16,824 bases of DNA. Origin: Longimicrobiales bacterium (GTDB lineage Bacteria; Gemmatimonadota; Gemmatimonadetes; Longimicrobiales; Gaopeijiaceae). This document shows, in pieces, positions 1 to 10,099 of this stretch (its first letter is position 1; each line of letters opens with the position of its first letter). The translations under genes were made by a program, and so were the position numbers. Location of the stretch: positions 1-16,824 of the forward strand of contig CBDANQ010000041.1 of NCBI GenBank assembly GCA_965197725.1, in the 5' to 3' direction. Below the pieces are notes generated by a model. It did not search any database. It saw nothing but the letters and a program-made list of their open reading frames with translations, and was not told the DNA's origin.

Positions 1-170
1 ATGTCGCTTCCCTGGCGCCAGCCCTCAGGACCCACAAGCATCCATGCCGCGATCAGCACGAGTCCGACGACCGCTGCCACCCAGACGCTCAATGCGATCG
101 CGGCTCGCCTCCTCAGGTGACCACGAACCCCCTGGACCTCGCCGTCCAGCCGCTTGCCCGCCGGACTCAC
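1..170 (-). CDS. N-terminal fragment of a membrane-anchored protein (runs off the left edge); not in the ORF track
   Basis: GTG at 170 overlaps the DUF4159 stop (GTGA). Manual translation gives MSPAGKRLDGEVQGVRGHLRRRAAIALSVWVAAVVGLVLIAAWMLVGPEGWRQGSD..., a basic patch followed by a TM helix, open to the window edge. Confidence 0.7.
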   Translation of the reverse strand, partial: MSPAGKRLDGEVQGVRGHLRRRAAIALSVWVAAVVGLVLIAAWMLVGPEGWRQGSD

Positions 171-835
171 GACACCGCCTGACCCAGCACGTACAGGAAA
201 AGGTTCACGCCCATGCGAAGCGCCGCCTCACGAAGGTCTTCCGCGTCACCGTGAACGTCTTCGTCTTCCCAACCATCTCCCAGATCCGATTCATACGAGT
301 AGAACACGAGCAACCGCCCTTCGTGAAAGACCCCGAAGGCCTGCGGAGGGTTGCCGTCATGCTCGTGAATCTTCGGCAGCCCTTCCGGAAAGTCGTAGAA
401 CGTGTGGAAGACCGGGTGATCAGCGGGGATCTCCGTCAGCTCAGCGTCGGGGAAGATCTGGGCGATCTCCTCGCGGAACGACTCGTCGAGACCGTAGTTG
501 TCGTCGGCGTGAAGAAAGCCCCCCGACATGAGATACTCCCTCAACTGCACGCGCTCCGCCGCGGAGAAGCGCACGTCACCGTGCCCCGTCATGTAGAGGT
601 ACGGGTGGTCGTACAAGGCGGGATCGAGCGGTCGGATGTTGATCTCTCGACGGGCGACCGGAATCCCGGTGCGCTCCCGGATGGCGGCGAGCAGATTCGG
701 CAACGACGACGGGTTCGCGTACCAGTCGCCGCCGCCCTCGTACCGTAGGCGCGCGATGGTGATCGAGTCGCTCGGGGCGGGCTCGAAGCGTGCGTCACTA
801 GACGTCAGAAGCGTCGCCAGGAGGATCCAGGTCAT
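167..835 (-). CDS. DUF4159 domain-containing protein
   Basis: Recognisable family motifs ARLRYEGGGDWY, PYLYMTGHG, YLMSGGFLHADDNYG, LPKIHEHD, DLGDGWED, ALRMGVN; short hydrophobic N-terminus. Confidence 0.85.
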   Translation of the reverse strand: MTWILLATLLTSSDARFEPAPSDSITIARLRYEGGGDWYANPSSLPNLLAAIRERTGIPVARREINIRPLDPALYDHPYLYMTGHGDVRFSAAERVQLREYLMSGGFLHADDNYGLDESFREEIAQIFPDAELTEIPADHPVFHTFYDFPEGLPKIHEHDGNPPQAFGVFHEGRLLVFYSYESDLGDGWEDEDVHGDAEDLREAALRMGVNLFLYVLGQAVS

Positions 836-860
836 GCGTAGGTCTTCGGTCCACCAAAAA

Positions 861-1700
861 TTAGTCGGAGTCGTGGACGATACGGTACGCGTCGTTACGC
901 GATAGGTCGAGGCGGTGAGCGATCTCCTTCGCCGCAGTCGACGGCGTCACGCCCTCGGCGGCAAGCTCCAGTGCCAATCCCCGCGCGGCGTCCAGCCTCG
1001 ACGCACGGTCCGCCTCGGATACGCCGGAGTCCCCGGGAGCCACCACGACAGTGACCTCGCCCTTGGGCGGATGTTCCCGGTAGTGTGACGCGACCTCGGC
1101 GAAGCTTCCTCGCCGGAACTCCTCGTGCACCTTGGTCAACTCACGCGCCACCGCGACCGCCCTCTCCGGTCCGCACTCCCTCGCGAGATCCTCGAGCAGA
1201 CGCACGGTACGTTGGGGAGACTCGAAGAGCACTACGGTCTCGGTGCTGGCGGCTATCCTCTCGAGCAGCGCCTGCCTCGACTTCCCTTTTCGGTCGGGAA
1301 AACCGAGGAAGAGAAACCGTCCCATGGACAGCCCGGACGCGACCAGAGCCGCGAGCACCGCCGAGGGCCCCGGAATCGGAACTACCGCATACCCGGCCTC
1401 GTGTACGGCAGCGACGAGCGTCGCCCCGGGATCGGACACCAACGGCGTGCCCGCGTCGGAAACGAGCGCGACATCCTCACCCGCACCGAGCCATGCCAGG
1501 ACGTGCTCGATGCGCCCCCGCTCGTTGTGGGCGTGCAACGACACGAGAGGGGCCTTGGCTCCCACGTGGGCGGTGAGCACACGGGAACGCCGCGTGTCCT
1601 CCGCGAGGATCCGGCGCACCGCACGGAGTGTCTCCTGCGCCCTGGGGCTCACGTCCGCGAGGTTCCCGATGGGCGTGCTCACGAGGTATAGGGTGGCCAC
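861..1700 (-). CDS. rsmI: 16S rRNA (cytidine(1402)-2'-O)-methyltransferase
   Basis: LYLVSTPIGNLAD, AEDTR, ALVSDAGTPLVSDPG, IPGPSA, FESPQR, RELTKVHEE and PKGE motifs. Confidence 0.95.
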   Translation of the reverse strand: MATLYLVSTPIGNLADVSPRAQETLRAVRRILAEDTRRSRVLTAHVGAKAPLVSLHAHNERGRIEHVLAWLGAGEDVALVSDAGTPLVSDPGATLVAAVHEAGYAVVPIPGPSAVLAALVASGLSMGRFLFLGFPDRKGKSRQALLERIAASTETVVLFESPQRTVRLLEDLARECGPERAVAVARELTKVHEEFRRGSFAEVASHYREHPPKGEVTVVVAPGDSGVSEADRASRLDAARGLALELAAEGVTPSTAAKEIAHRLDLSRNDAYRIVHDSD

Positions 1701-1709
1701 GCGGGAAGT

Positions 1710-2045
1710 CTACAAATGTTCTAGGATTTTCCCCTCGAGGTGCGGACGGGGAACCGCGCCGATCACCTTGTCGACGAGCTCTCCGTCCTTGAAGAACAGG
1801 ATGCTCGGAATCGACGTCACCCTAAAACGCGTCGTCACGCTCGGGTTGGTGTCCACGTCGAGCTTCCCGACCCGCAGTCCCTTCTCCTGGTACTCTCCGG
1901 CGAGCTCCTCGACGATCGGTGAAACCATCCTGCACGGGCCACACCAGGTCGCCCAGAAGTCGATCATCTGGAGCCCCTCACCACCCTCGACCTCCTCCGC
2001 GAAGTTCGCGTCGGTGATTTCGAGAATCGCATCGCTCGTTGCCAT
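1710..2045 (-). CDS. trxA: Thioredoxin
   Basis: DFWATWCGPC active site, SIP cis-Pro loop, FKDG; 111 aa; SD-like AAGGAG at 2053-2058. Confidence 0.96.
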   Translation of the reverse strand: MATSDAILEITDANFAEEVEGGEGLQMIDFWATWCGPCRMVSPIVEELAGEYQEKGLRVGKLDVDTNPSVTTRFRVTSIPSILFFKDGELVDKVIGAVPRPHLEGKILEHL

Positions 2046-2072
2046 CCCGGCTCTCCTTATCAGCTTACATCC

Positions 2073-2483
2073 ATGGTTCCATCACTCGAGGCCAGCCGCC
2101 CACTGGACCACGTAGGCATAGCCGTACCTTCCTTGGAAGAGGCGTGCCGCCTCTTCGAGGTCCTGCTCGGGAAGACCAGCTCCCCGCCTGAAGTGCTAGA
2201 GGCCCAAGGAGTCCGCGTCGCCTTCGTCGGCGCTGTCGAACTCCTGGAGCCACTGGGCTCGGAAACGACCATCGGTCGCTTCCTCGAACGTCGGGGTCCA
2301 GGACTCCACCACTTCGCGTACCGCACCGACGACGTCGAATCCGAACTTGCCCGCCTCGAGGCGCAAGGCATCGAGCTCGTCGACCGGGTCCCGCGCCCGG
2401 GTGCCAAAGGACACCTAGTCGCTTTCCTGCACCCCTCCAGTACCCAGGGCGTGCTCATCGAGCTGGTCCAGCACTCACTCTAG
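2073..2483 (+). CDS. mce: Methylmalonyl-CoA epimerase (VOC/glyoxalase family)
   Basis: LDHVGIAV, ELLEP, GPGLHHFA, PRPGAKG, AFLHP...GVLIELVQ motifs. Confidence 0.85.
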   Translation: MVPSLEASRPLDHVGIAVPSLEEACRLFEVLLGKTSSPPEVLEAQGVRVAFVGAVELLEPLGSETTIGRFLERRGPGLHHFAYRTDDVESELARLEAQGIELVDRVPRPGAKGHLVAFLHPSSTQGVLIELVQHSL

Positions 2484-2541
2484 GCTCTCGCGGCCCCCGG
2501 CACCTAACAAACCCGTGGGGGTTCCCACACGTGCGGAAAGC

Positions 2542-3063
2542 CTACCGTCCCGTCATCACGCGCTCTAGATCGACCTCCTGCACGAGCCACCGTCCTCCGC
2601 TCGCCTGGACGACCAGGAACGGCACGTCGTTGACCAACTGACCATTGATTGTGAGCGTGACCACGACGCGCGTGGTTGGTACGTCGCGGCCCGCGACCAT
2701 CTCCTCTCGCACAATTCGGTAGTTCTCGTGGCTAAGTACGGAGGAGATGGCATCCATGCGGATCTCGACGTCCTGCCGGGTCGTGCATGACGCACCTCCG
2801 AACCACGACCCGATCTTCTTGAACATGCAGCCGAATGAACTGCCGGTCTCCATTACCGGCCCGTCCGGCGTCCCGAAGAGGCGGCCCATCCCGTGCAAGT
2901 CTCGCGAATTCGCCGCCTGAAGGAAGCGTTCCACCGAAAGCTGGGGCGCAACCGCCGCCGCCGCCGCGGGCTGCATCACCCGGGTTGTGCACGCCGCCGG
3001 CAGGATGGCGACAGCTAGCAATGCCAGATGACCTGGTCTGAACACGCGGGTGGATCCACTCAT
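2542..3063 (-). CDS. Hypothetical lipoprotein
   Basis: Start reassigned to the ATG at 3063 (AGGAG just upstream; avoids overlap with clpB). Signal peptide ends in lipobox-like LPAA-C. Confidence 0.7.
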   Translation of the reverse strand: MSGSTRVFRPGHLALLAVAILPAACTTRVMQPAAAAAVAPQLSVERFLQAANSRDLHGMGRLFGTPDGPVMETGSSFGCMFKKIGSWFGGASCTTRQDVEIRMDAISSVLSHENYRIVREEMVAGRDVPTTRVVVTLTINGQLVNDVPFLVVQASGGRWLVQEVDLERVMTGR

Positions 3064-3163
3064 CGCCACTCCTGGTACGCGGTTGGAGAAGGCCCCCGCA
3101 ATGTCGACAAAACCGCCGTGGGCAGGAAGCCCTAGGGAACCTCTGCACAAGTAGGGCGCGCCG

Positions 3164-5794
3164 CTATTCCGCGGTTGTCGGCACCCCAACGAGAGCGTCC
3201 GGGGGCACCGCCTCAAAGCCGAGTCCGTCACCCGTCTCGCACGTGTCGACCACGATTCGCGTTCCCTCGGCGACCTCTTCGTCGAGCAGGAACAGCGCCA
3301 GGGGGTCCTGGACCGAGCGTTGAATCGCCCTCTTCAACGGTCGTGCGCCAAAGACCGGGTCGTACCCCTCACTCGCGAGGTAGCGCTTCGCGGCCGCGGA
3401 GACATCGAGAACGACGCCCAAGTCGGCCACCAGCCCGATGACTCGATCGAGCTGCAGATCAACGATCTGGGTGAGCTCCTCCACACCGAGCGGGCGGAAC
3501 ACGACCACGTCGTCCACGCGGTTCAGGAACTCGGGCCGGAAGTGCTGGTGGAGCTGACCCCGGACCGCGGCTTCGACGTCCTCCCAGTCCGCGTCCCCCG
3601 AGACCTCCAGAATGTGCTGGCTCCCGATGTTCGACGTCATGATGATCACGACGTTGCGAAAGTCGACCGTCCGCCCCTGCGCGTCGGTCAGCCGTCCGTC
3701 GTCGAGGATCTGCAGCAAGACGTTGAACACGTCCACGTGAGCTTTCTCGACTTCGTCGAAAAGCACCACTGCGTGCGGTCTGCGGCGGACAGCTTCCGTG
3801 AGCTGGCCCCCTGCCTCGTAGCCCACGTAGCCGGGAGGCGCCCCAATGAGGCGGGCTACCGCATGCTTTTCCATGTACTCCGACATGTCGATGCGGACCA
3901 TCGCGCGCTCATCGTCGAAGATGAACTCGGCAAGCGCACGCGCGGTTTCAGTCTTTCCCACACCCGTCGGTCCGAGGAAGATGAAGGATCCGATCGGCCG
4001 ATCGGGATCCTGGAGTCCTGCGCGGGATCGGCGCACCGCGTTCGAGACCGCGCGGACGGCCTCGACCTGCCCGATGACTCGGGCACCGAGGTGCTGCTCC
4101 AACTGCACCAGCCGCTGGCGCTCCGACTCCATCAGTCGCGTCACCGGGATGCCTGTCCACTCCGCGACGACCCCGGCGATGTCGTCGGCGTCGACCTCTT
4201 CCTTCAGGAACCGCTTGTCCTTCTGGAGCTCCGAGAGGCGTTGCGCCAGCGCTTCGATCTCGGCCTCGGAGGTCGGGATCTCCCCGTAGTGGATCTCGGC
4301 GGCCCGGTTCAACTCACCTGTGCGCGTCGCGCGGTCCGCCTCCACCCGCAACTCCTCCACACGCGTCCGCAGCTCTTGAATCTGTCGGATGACGTCTTTC
4401 TCGGCCTGCCAACGCGCCTTCATGCCCTGGCTCTTCTCGCGCAGCTCGGCGAGTTCGGACTCGATGACACGCCGGCGCTCGCGCGCGGGCCCATCGGACT
4501 CGGCCAGCAGCGCCTGCCGCTCGATCTCGAGCTGGACGATGCGCCTCTCGACCTCGTCGATCTCCTGTGGTAGCGAGTCAATCTCGATGCGCAGCCGACT
4601 CGACGCCTCATCAATGAGGTCGATCGCCTTGTCGGGCAAGAAACGGCCCCCGATGTATCGGTCCGAGAGCTTCGCCGCGGCGATGATCGCGTCGTCGGTG
4701 ATGCGGACACCGTGATGGACCTCGTAGCGCTCCTTCAGGCCGCGTAGGATCGCGACTGTGTCCTCGACGGAAGGCGGCGCCGCGTACACCGGCTGGAAGC
4801 GGCGCTCGAGCGCGGGGTCCTTCTCGATGCGCTTCCGATACTCGTCGAGCGTCGTGGCGCCCACCACGCGTAGCTCGCCTCTGGCGAGCGCGGGCTTCAA
4901 CATGTTACCCGCGTCGACGGCCCCTTCGGCGGCTCCCGCTCCCACAATGGTGTGTATCTCGTCGATGAAGATCACATAGCGGCCATCGGCCTTGGTGATC
5001 TCCTTGAGGACAGCCTTCATGCGCTCCTCGAACTCACCGCGGTACTTGGCACCGGCGAGCATCGCGGCGATGTCGAGCTGGAGCAGCTTCTTGTTGGATA
5101 GCGAAGTCGGGACGTCGCCCTCGACCATCCTTTGGGCCAGACCCTCGACGATGGCCGTCTTCCCTACCCCCGGCTCGCCGATGAGCACTGGATTGTTCTT
5201 GGTGCGTCTCGCGAGAACCTTGATAAGCCTTCGGATCTCCTCGTCTCTCCCGATCACGGGATCGAGCTTGCCGCGCCGCGCGAGCTCCGTGAGGTCTCGG
5301 GAGTACCGGGCGAGCGCGCGATAGCCGTCCTCGGGCGTGTCGTCGGTGACACGATGCGAACCTCGAACCGATTCGACGGCGGCGCGCACCTCGGACAGCG
5401 TCGCCCCGGCATCCCGGAGAATGCGGCCCGCGTCGTTCTTCTCGCCGGTCAGCCCCAGGAGCAGGTGTTCCGTGGAGACGAACTCGTCCTCTAGCTCACG
5501 GGAAACGTCCTCCGCGGCATCCAGAGCCTTGCGCAGGTCCCGGGAGAGGTTGGGATCCGACCCGCCCTCGACCCGAGCCATCCGGTCCAGCGCCTCCCCT
5601 GCCTGCTCCCGCACGCGTGCGACCCGCACCTCGATCTTCTGCAAGATGGGGACGACGAGGCCCTCTTCCTGTGCCAGCAGGGCGTCGAGCAGATGCACGC
5701 CATGGACCTCGGCGTTCCCACGCTGCCGAGCCTCCGCCGCCGCTGTTTGCAGCGCCTCGCCGGCCTTCACTGTCAGTCGATCAGCGCTCAGCAT
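3164..5794 (-). CDS. clpB: ATP-dependent chaperone ClpB
   Basis: 876 aa; Clp N-domain, two AAA+ modules ([16 protein letters not shown]), GAKYRGEF and GAPPGYVG pore loops, long coiled-coil middle domain. Confidence 0.97.
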   Translation of the reverse strand: MLSADRLTVKAGEALQTAAAEARQRGNAEVHGVHLLDALLAQEEGLVVPILQKIEVRVARVREQAGEALDRMARVEGGSDPNLSRDLRKALDAAEDVSRELEDEFVSTEHLLLGLTGEKNDAGRILRDAGATLSEVRAAVESVRGSHRVTDDTPEDGYRALARYSRDLTELARRGKLDPVIGRDEEIRRLIKVLARRTKNNPVLIGEPGVGKTAIVEGLAQRMVEGDVPTSLSNKKLLQLDIAAMLAGAKYRGEFEERMKAVLKEITKADGRYVIFIDEIHTIVGAGAAEGAVDAGNMLKPALARGELRVVGATTLDEYRKRIEKDPALERRFQPVYAAPPSVEDTVAILRGLKERYEVHHGVRITDDAIIAAAKLSDRYIGGRFLPDKAIDLIDEASSRLRIEIDSLPQEIDEVERRIVQLEIERQALLAESDGPARERRRVIESELAELREKSQGMKARWQAEKDVIRQIQELRTRVEELRVEADRATRTGELNRAAEIHYGEIPTSEAEIEALAQRLSELQKDKRFLKEEVDADDIAGVVAEWTGIPVTRLMESERQRLVQLEQHLGARVIGQVEAVRAVSNAVRRSRAGLQDPDRPIGSFIFLGPTGVGKTETARALAEFIFDDERAMVRIDMSEYMEKHAVARLIGAPPGYVGYEAGGQLTEAVRRRPHAVVLFDEVEKAHVDVFNVLLQILDDGRLTDAQGRTVDFRNVVIIMTSNIGSQHILEVSGDADWEDVEAAVRGQLHQHFRPEFLNRVDDVVVFRPLGVEELTQIVDLQLDRVIGLVADLGVVLDVSAAAKRYLASEGYDPVFGARPLKRAIQRSVQDPLALFLLDEEVAEGTRIVVDTCETGDGLGFEAVPPDALVGVPTTAE

Positions 5795-5815
5795 GGTCAG
5801 CGCTCAGCATGGTCA
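5781..5815. repeat. 16-bp perfect tandem duplication over the clpB start codon
   Basis: TCAGCGCTCAGCATGG at 5781-5796 and 5797-5812, followed by TCA. Confidence 0.95.
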
Positions 5816-5821
5816 TCTCTC

Positions 5822-5838
5822 GGCAACACGCGTTCCGG
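5822..5838 (-). promoter_or_regulatory. Putative sigma54 (-24/-12) promoter of clpB
   Basis: Minus strand reads CCGGAACG-CGTG-TTGCC, with exact GG-N10-GC spacing and similarity to the TGGCACG-N4-TTGC consensus. Confidence 0.5.
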
Positions 5839-6032
5839 CCTCCACCTTGGGTAAGTCGGGCGCCCCCGCCGTGTCGATACTACAAAAACAGCCGGAGCGC
5901 CTCCAGACCCGGTCATGTCGGGGTTGCCGTGAACGCCACGGCATTGGCCTCGCGGACCCCATCGGCCCGATGAGGGATATCAACTCCTCAGCTAGCCCGA
6001 CCGCCACGACCTAGACGAGGTGCTGGAACAGC

Positions 6033-6395
6033 TTGCAGACGATCCCACTTGGCACTTCGCACGCCGGGAGCCTTCTGTTCATCAGCCTGGCTGTGTCCTG
6101 GTCGGCATGCGGGGGCGACGCGGCGGGCCTGGACGAGGACGACATCATCGACCGCGAAGTCTTCATCGCTGCCTACGTCGATCTACGTGCCGCTGCGCTC
6201 TCTACGGACGACGGGGAGCTCACCGACGAAGCGCGCGTGGAGGTGCTGTCTCGTCACGGGGCCAGCGAGGTGGACGTTCTCAACTTCGCTGAGTATCACG
6301 CGCCGGACCTTCCCTTCATGCGCGAGGTCTGGGACCAGATCGAGGTGCTCCTCGAAGCCCAGCGCCCGTTGATGGACGGCCCGGGACACAGGTAG
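6033..6395 (+). CDS. Hypothetical helical lipoprotein (possibly DUF4296-like)
   Basis: TTG start after GAGGTG; hydrophobic stretch ending WSA-CGG (lipobox-like); acidic helical mature region. The family guess is weak. Confidence 0.65.
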   Translation: MQTIPLGTSHAGSLLFISLAVSWSACGGDAAGLDEDDIIDREVFIAAYVDLRAAALSTDDGELTDEARVEVLSRHGASEVDVLNFAEYHAPDLPFMREVWDQIEVLLEAQRPLMDGPGHR

Positions 6396-6572
6396 CGCCG
6401 GCGACGATCCCGAGCGGAACGGACACGATGACGTCGTCCCCTATCCCCACGCCAACACTGGTCCACCAGAGAGGCCGACGCGAATTGTCGTCGGGAATCT
6501 TGCGACGCAGCCCACCGACCCGTACTTGTGAGGGGTAGCTCCTCCCCGCATCCTGCTCGATGGAGGTCGAAG

Positions 6573-7232
6573 ATGCGTGCTCTACTAAGGCACACTCTCG
6601 TGTTGTCACTTGCGCTATGCGCTTTCCTCTTGCCCGAGCGCGCCACGGCGCAGGACGGTCCCGGCCACAACCATATCGGTCACGTCGGGGACGGCTTCCG
6701 TGGCACCCCCGACGGTATGGGCCTTCTGCCCACCGCAATCGCTGAGGCCCAAGTCGCCGCCCAGCACGCGGGCTTCGCCGCTCGCGACCTGAGCGACCTC
6801 GACGGCATGAAGCGCCACGTGGGCCACGTGCTCAACGCGCTGGATCCGGCGCAGGTGGAAAACGGGCCTGGGCTTGGGTACGGTGTGTTGCCGGCCGTCA
6901 CTGGTGCGGTGCTCCACATCGAGCTGGCGGCTGCCGCGGACGGCGCGTCGGATGGCGTCAAGACGCATTCCGGCCATGTCGCGACGTCGTCTAGGAACAC
7001 GGCCGAACGCGCCGAGCGCGCCATCGCGTTGGCCCAAAGCATCATGGAGGCGACGTCGGCCGCCGACGCCGCTCCGATGATGGAGGATCTGCTCGGGTTG
7101 TCTCAGCAGCTTCTATCCGGGATCGACGCGAACGGAGACGGCCGGGTCGGTTGGCAGGCAGGAGAGGGCGGCCTGGAGCAGGCCGAGACGCACCTCAATC
7201 TGATGAAACGAGGCGAGGGGATCGGGAACTAG
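6573..7232 (+). CDS. Secreted His-rich hypothetical protein with three HxGHV motifs and a DxNGDG motif
   Basis: ATG at 6573 with GGAGG at 6562-6566; Sec-type signal ending ATA-Q; Ala-rich helical body. Confidence 0.8.
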   Translation: MRALLRHTLVLSLALCAFLLPERATAQDGPGHNHIGHVGDGFRGTPDGMGLLPTAIAEAQVAAQHAGFAARDLSDLDGMKRHVGHVLNALDPAQVENGPGLGYGVLPAVTGAVLHIELAAAADGASDGVKTHSGHVATSSRNTAERAERAIALAQSIMEATSAADAAPMMEDLLGLSQQLLSGIDANGDGRVGWQAGEGGLEQAETHLNLMKRGEGIGN

Positions 7233-7249
7233 CGGCCCCAGACCGCACT

Positions 7250-7287
7250 GGGCACGAGGCCGTTCCCACTTGGGCGGCCTCGCGCCC
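7250..7287. terminator. GC-rich hairpin between convergent genes
   Basis: GGGCACGAGGCCG...CGGCCTCGCGCCC lies between the stops at 7232 and 7293; no strong U-tract. Confidence 0.5.
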
Positions 7288-7292
7288 TGCTT

Positions 7293-8843
7293 CTATTCCC
7301 ACTCGATGGTCGCGGGGGGCTTCGAGCTGACGTCGTAGGTCACGCGGTTCACGCCCCGTACTTCGTTGATGATTCTGGTGGAGATCCGTGCGAGCACGTC
7401 GTGCGGGAAGGGATACCAATCGGCGGTCATGGCGTCGCGGGACGTTACGGCGCGGAGAGCGAGCACGTTCTCGTAGGTGCGAGCGTCGCCCATCACGCCG
7501 ACCGACTGAACAGGGAGCAGCACGGCGAACGCCTGCCAGATCTCGTCGTACAGTCCGGCTCCTCGGATCTCTTCCAGGTAGATCGCGTCGGCATCCCGTA
7601 ACGTCGACAAGCGTTCCTCGGTGATCTCTCCGATGATCCGGACCGCGAGTCCAGGCCCGGGGAACGGGTGGCGCCCGACGAAGTCGTCGGGGAGGCCGAG
7701 CTCGCGACCGACTTGCCGGACTTCGTCCTTGAAGAGCTCGCGGAGCGGTTCGATGAGCTCGAAAGGCACGTCCTGGGGCAGGCCACCCACGTTGTGATGG
7801 CTCTTGATGGTTACCGAAGGCCCTCCTGCCGAAACCGACTCGATGACGTCCGGATACAAGGTGCCCTGAACGAGGAAGGTCGCGCCTGTTCCCTCGCGCG
7901 TCGCCGTAGCTTCGAAGACCTGGATGAAGCGACCGCCGATCGCCTTGCGCTTGGCCTCGGGGTCCGAGACCCCTTCGAGGTCACCGAGAAACAGCTCGCT
8001 CGCGTCTTCCACCACGAACGTCATGTCGTAGCGGGACCGAAACATCTTCTCGACCTGGTCACGCTCATGCTTCCGGAGTAGCCCGTGGTCGACGAAAATG
8101 CAGGTGAGTCGGTCCCCGATCGCCCGGTGGACGAGCACCGCCGCAACCGACGAGTCGACGCCACCCGAGGTCCCGCAGATGACAGTCGCTTCGCCTACCT
8201 GCTCCCGGATGCGCGCGATGGTGTCTTCGATGAAGGCACCGGCCGTCCAGGTGGGGCGGCAACCCGCGACCTCGAACAGGAAGTTGGAGAGGATCTCGTC
8301 TCCCCGGTGCGTGTGCGCGACCTCGGGGTGGAACTGCAGGGCCCAGACCGGCCGGTCGGTGGCCCGGAACGCAGCCACGGGGAGCGTGTCGGTCGACGCT
8401 AACGATTCGTACCCGGGTGGGGGCTCGTCGACGTGGTCCCCATGGGAGCACCAGATGGTCGTCGACTCTCCAGGCTCGAACCCAGCGAAGACCCCCTCGT
8501 CGACCTGCACGGTGAGTTCGGCTCGCCCGTATTCGCGACGACCAGGTTCGACTTGGGCCCCCTCGAGATGCGCGATGAGATGGAAGCCGTAGCAGATGCC
8601 GAGCACCGGAAGGCCTGAGTACAGCAGCTCGCGGTCCGTCGTGGGCACGTCGTCGTCGTAGACCGACGACGGGCCCCCGCTCAAGATCACGGCAGCTGGA
8701 TTCCAGTCGCGGATCCACTCGAGCGATCGCGTGGGCGGATGAATCTCACAATAGACGCGTTCTTCCCGAATGCGGCGCGCGATCAGCTGAGTGAACTGCG
8801 ATCCGAAATCCAGGATCAGGACACGGTCGTGAACGTGGCTCAT
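7293..8843 (-). CDS. guaA: GMP synthase (glutamine-hydrolysing)
   Basis: [51 protein letters not shown]-terminal KPPATIEWE. Confidence 0.98.
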   Translation of the reverse strand: MSHVHDRVLILDFGSQFTQLIARRIREERVYCEIHPPTRSLEWIRDWNPAAVILSGGPSSVYDDDVPTTDRELLYSGLPVLGICYGFHLIAHLEGAQVEPGRREYGRAELTVQVDEGVFAGFEPGESTTIWCSHGDHVDEPPPGYESLASTDTLPVAAFRATDRPVWALQFHPEVAHTHRGDEILSNFLFEVAGCRPTWTAGAFIEDTIARIREQVGEATVICGTSGGVDSSVAAVLVHRAIGDRLTCIFVDHGLLRKHERDQVEKMFRSRYDMTFVVEDASELFLGDLEGVSDPEAKRKAIGGRFIQVFEATATREGTGATFLVQGTLYPDVIESVSAGGPSVTIKSHHNVGGLPQDVPFELIEPLRELFKDEVRQVGRELGLPDDFVGRHPFPGPGLAVRIIGEITEERLSTLRDADAIYLEEIRGAGLYDEIWQAFAVLLPVQSVGVMGDARTYENVLALRAVTSRDAMTADWYPFPHDVLARISTRIINEVRGVNRVTYDVSSKPPATIEWE

Positions 8844-10099
8844 TCTTCTCCGCGGACGAGGTCGGGCAGAGTCTCTCTATTCCGGATCAAGGTAGCCTCG
8901 CCCCCGTCGACCATCGTTTCCGCTGGCCGGAGGCGACCGTTGTAGTTCGACGCCATCGCGAAGCCGTAGGCCCCGACGGTCCGTACCGCGAGCAAGTCGC
9001 CCGGCTCGGGCAAGGGCAATTCGCGGTCGCGCGCGAGGAAATCCCCGGCCTCGCAGATCGGGCCCACGATGTCGACAGTGGTAGTGGGCTCCTTGCTGCT
9101 GCCGACGTGCTCCACGGCATGGAAGCCCCCGTAGTGACTCGGTCGGATCAGATCGCTCATGCCACCGTCCACGACGACGAAGTGCTTGTCCCCGCTCTTC
9201 TTCACGTACTCGACGCGGGTGAGCAAGACACCCGCGTCCCCGACGATGGAGCGCCCCGGCTCGAGAATGAGTCGTAGACCTGCCGACTCCACTCTTGGAA
9301 CGAGTTCGGCCGCCAGCTCATCGACGTCCATCCCGGGCTCATCGTCGTACCGGATGCCGAACCCCCCACCGATGTCCAGGAATTCCAGGTCCACGCCGGC
9401 GGCGCCCAACTCGGTGACGAGGTCGAGCACACGCTCGAGCGCACGCACGTAGGGCTCGGCATCCACGATCTGGGAACCGATGTGCATATCGATTCCCACC
9501 GGGGCGAGGTGCGGGCGGTTCCTCGCCCATAGGTACAGATCGAGTGTCTCGTCCCACGGAACCCCGAACTTGGTGGTCGCTGTGCCGGTGCGCGTGTGCT
9601 CGTGTGGCGTGGCAGCAAAGACGTCGGGGTTCACCCGGATCGCGAACGGCGCGCGCTGCCCCATGCGGGTCGCTACCTCATCGATGCGTTCGAGCTCCCC
9701 CCGGCTCTCGACGTTGAACGCGTAGATCCCGTATTCGAGCGCCGCCTCGATCTCGCCCACGGTCTTGCCCACTCCGGCGAACACGATCATCCGCCCGGGA
9801 ATTCCGGCCTGCCGAGCCCGAAAAAGCTCACCGAGGCTCGTGATATCGGCACCACACCCCATGGCGTGAAGCCGCCGTAGGATCGACAGATTGCCGTTCG
9901 ACTTCACCGAGTAGGCCAGTAGGTGCTCGACGCCAGCGAAGGCAGTCCTAAACGCGCGCACTCGGTCTTCGATGCGTCGGATATCGTACACGTACAACGG
10001 TGTCCCGAAGCGTGCGGCAAGCTCTGCGGCAGGGACGTCCCCACACCAGAGCTCGCCGTCAATGCGCCCGAAAGGCTCGGTCAGTACGCTCTCGCCCAA
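8840..10099 (-). CDS. lysA: Diaminopimelate decarboxylase
   Basis: [14 protein letters not shown] (PLP Lys), KFG, HIGSQI, DIGGG, EPGR, GPICE..D, GAYG..MASNYN. Start placed at TTG 10099 (GGAGG at 10104-10108) rather than 10138. Confidence 0.93.
   Translation of the reverse strand: MGESVLTEPFGRIDGELWCGDVPAAELAARFGTPLYVYDIRRIEDRVRAFRTAFAGVEHLLAYSVKSNGNLSILRRLHAMGCGADITSLGELFRARQAGIPGRMIVFAGVGKTVGEIEAALEYGIYAFNVESRGELERIDEVATRMGQRAPFAIRVNPDVFAATPHEHTRTGTATTKFGVPWDETLDLYLWARNRPHLAPVGIDMHIGSQIVDAEPYVRALERVLDLVTELGAAGVDLEFLDIGGGFGIRYDDEPGMDVDELAAELVPRVESAGLRLILEPGRSIVGDAGVLLTRVEYVKKSGDKHFVVVDGGMSDLIRPSHYGGFHAVEHVGSSKEPTTTVDIVGPICEAGDFLARDRELPLPEPGDLLAVRTVGAYGFAMASNYNGRLRPAETMVDGGEATLIRNRETLPDLVRGEE

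Noticed and set aside
2952..2968. (CCG)n microsatellite
   Set aside because: It simply encodes an Ala linker after the lipoprotein Cys.
5813..6030. Structured ncRNA (6S/riboswitch), CIRCE, or the 64-aa ORF upstream of clpB
   Set aside because: There are only short separate hairpins, with no recognisable RNA family motif or TTAGCACTC-N9-GAGTGCTAA, and the ORF looks non-coding.
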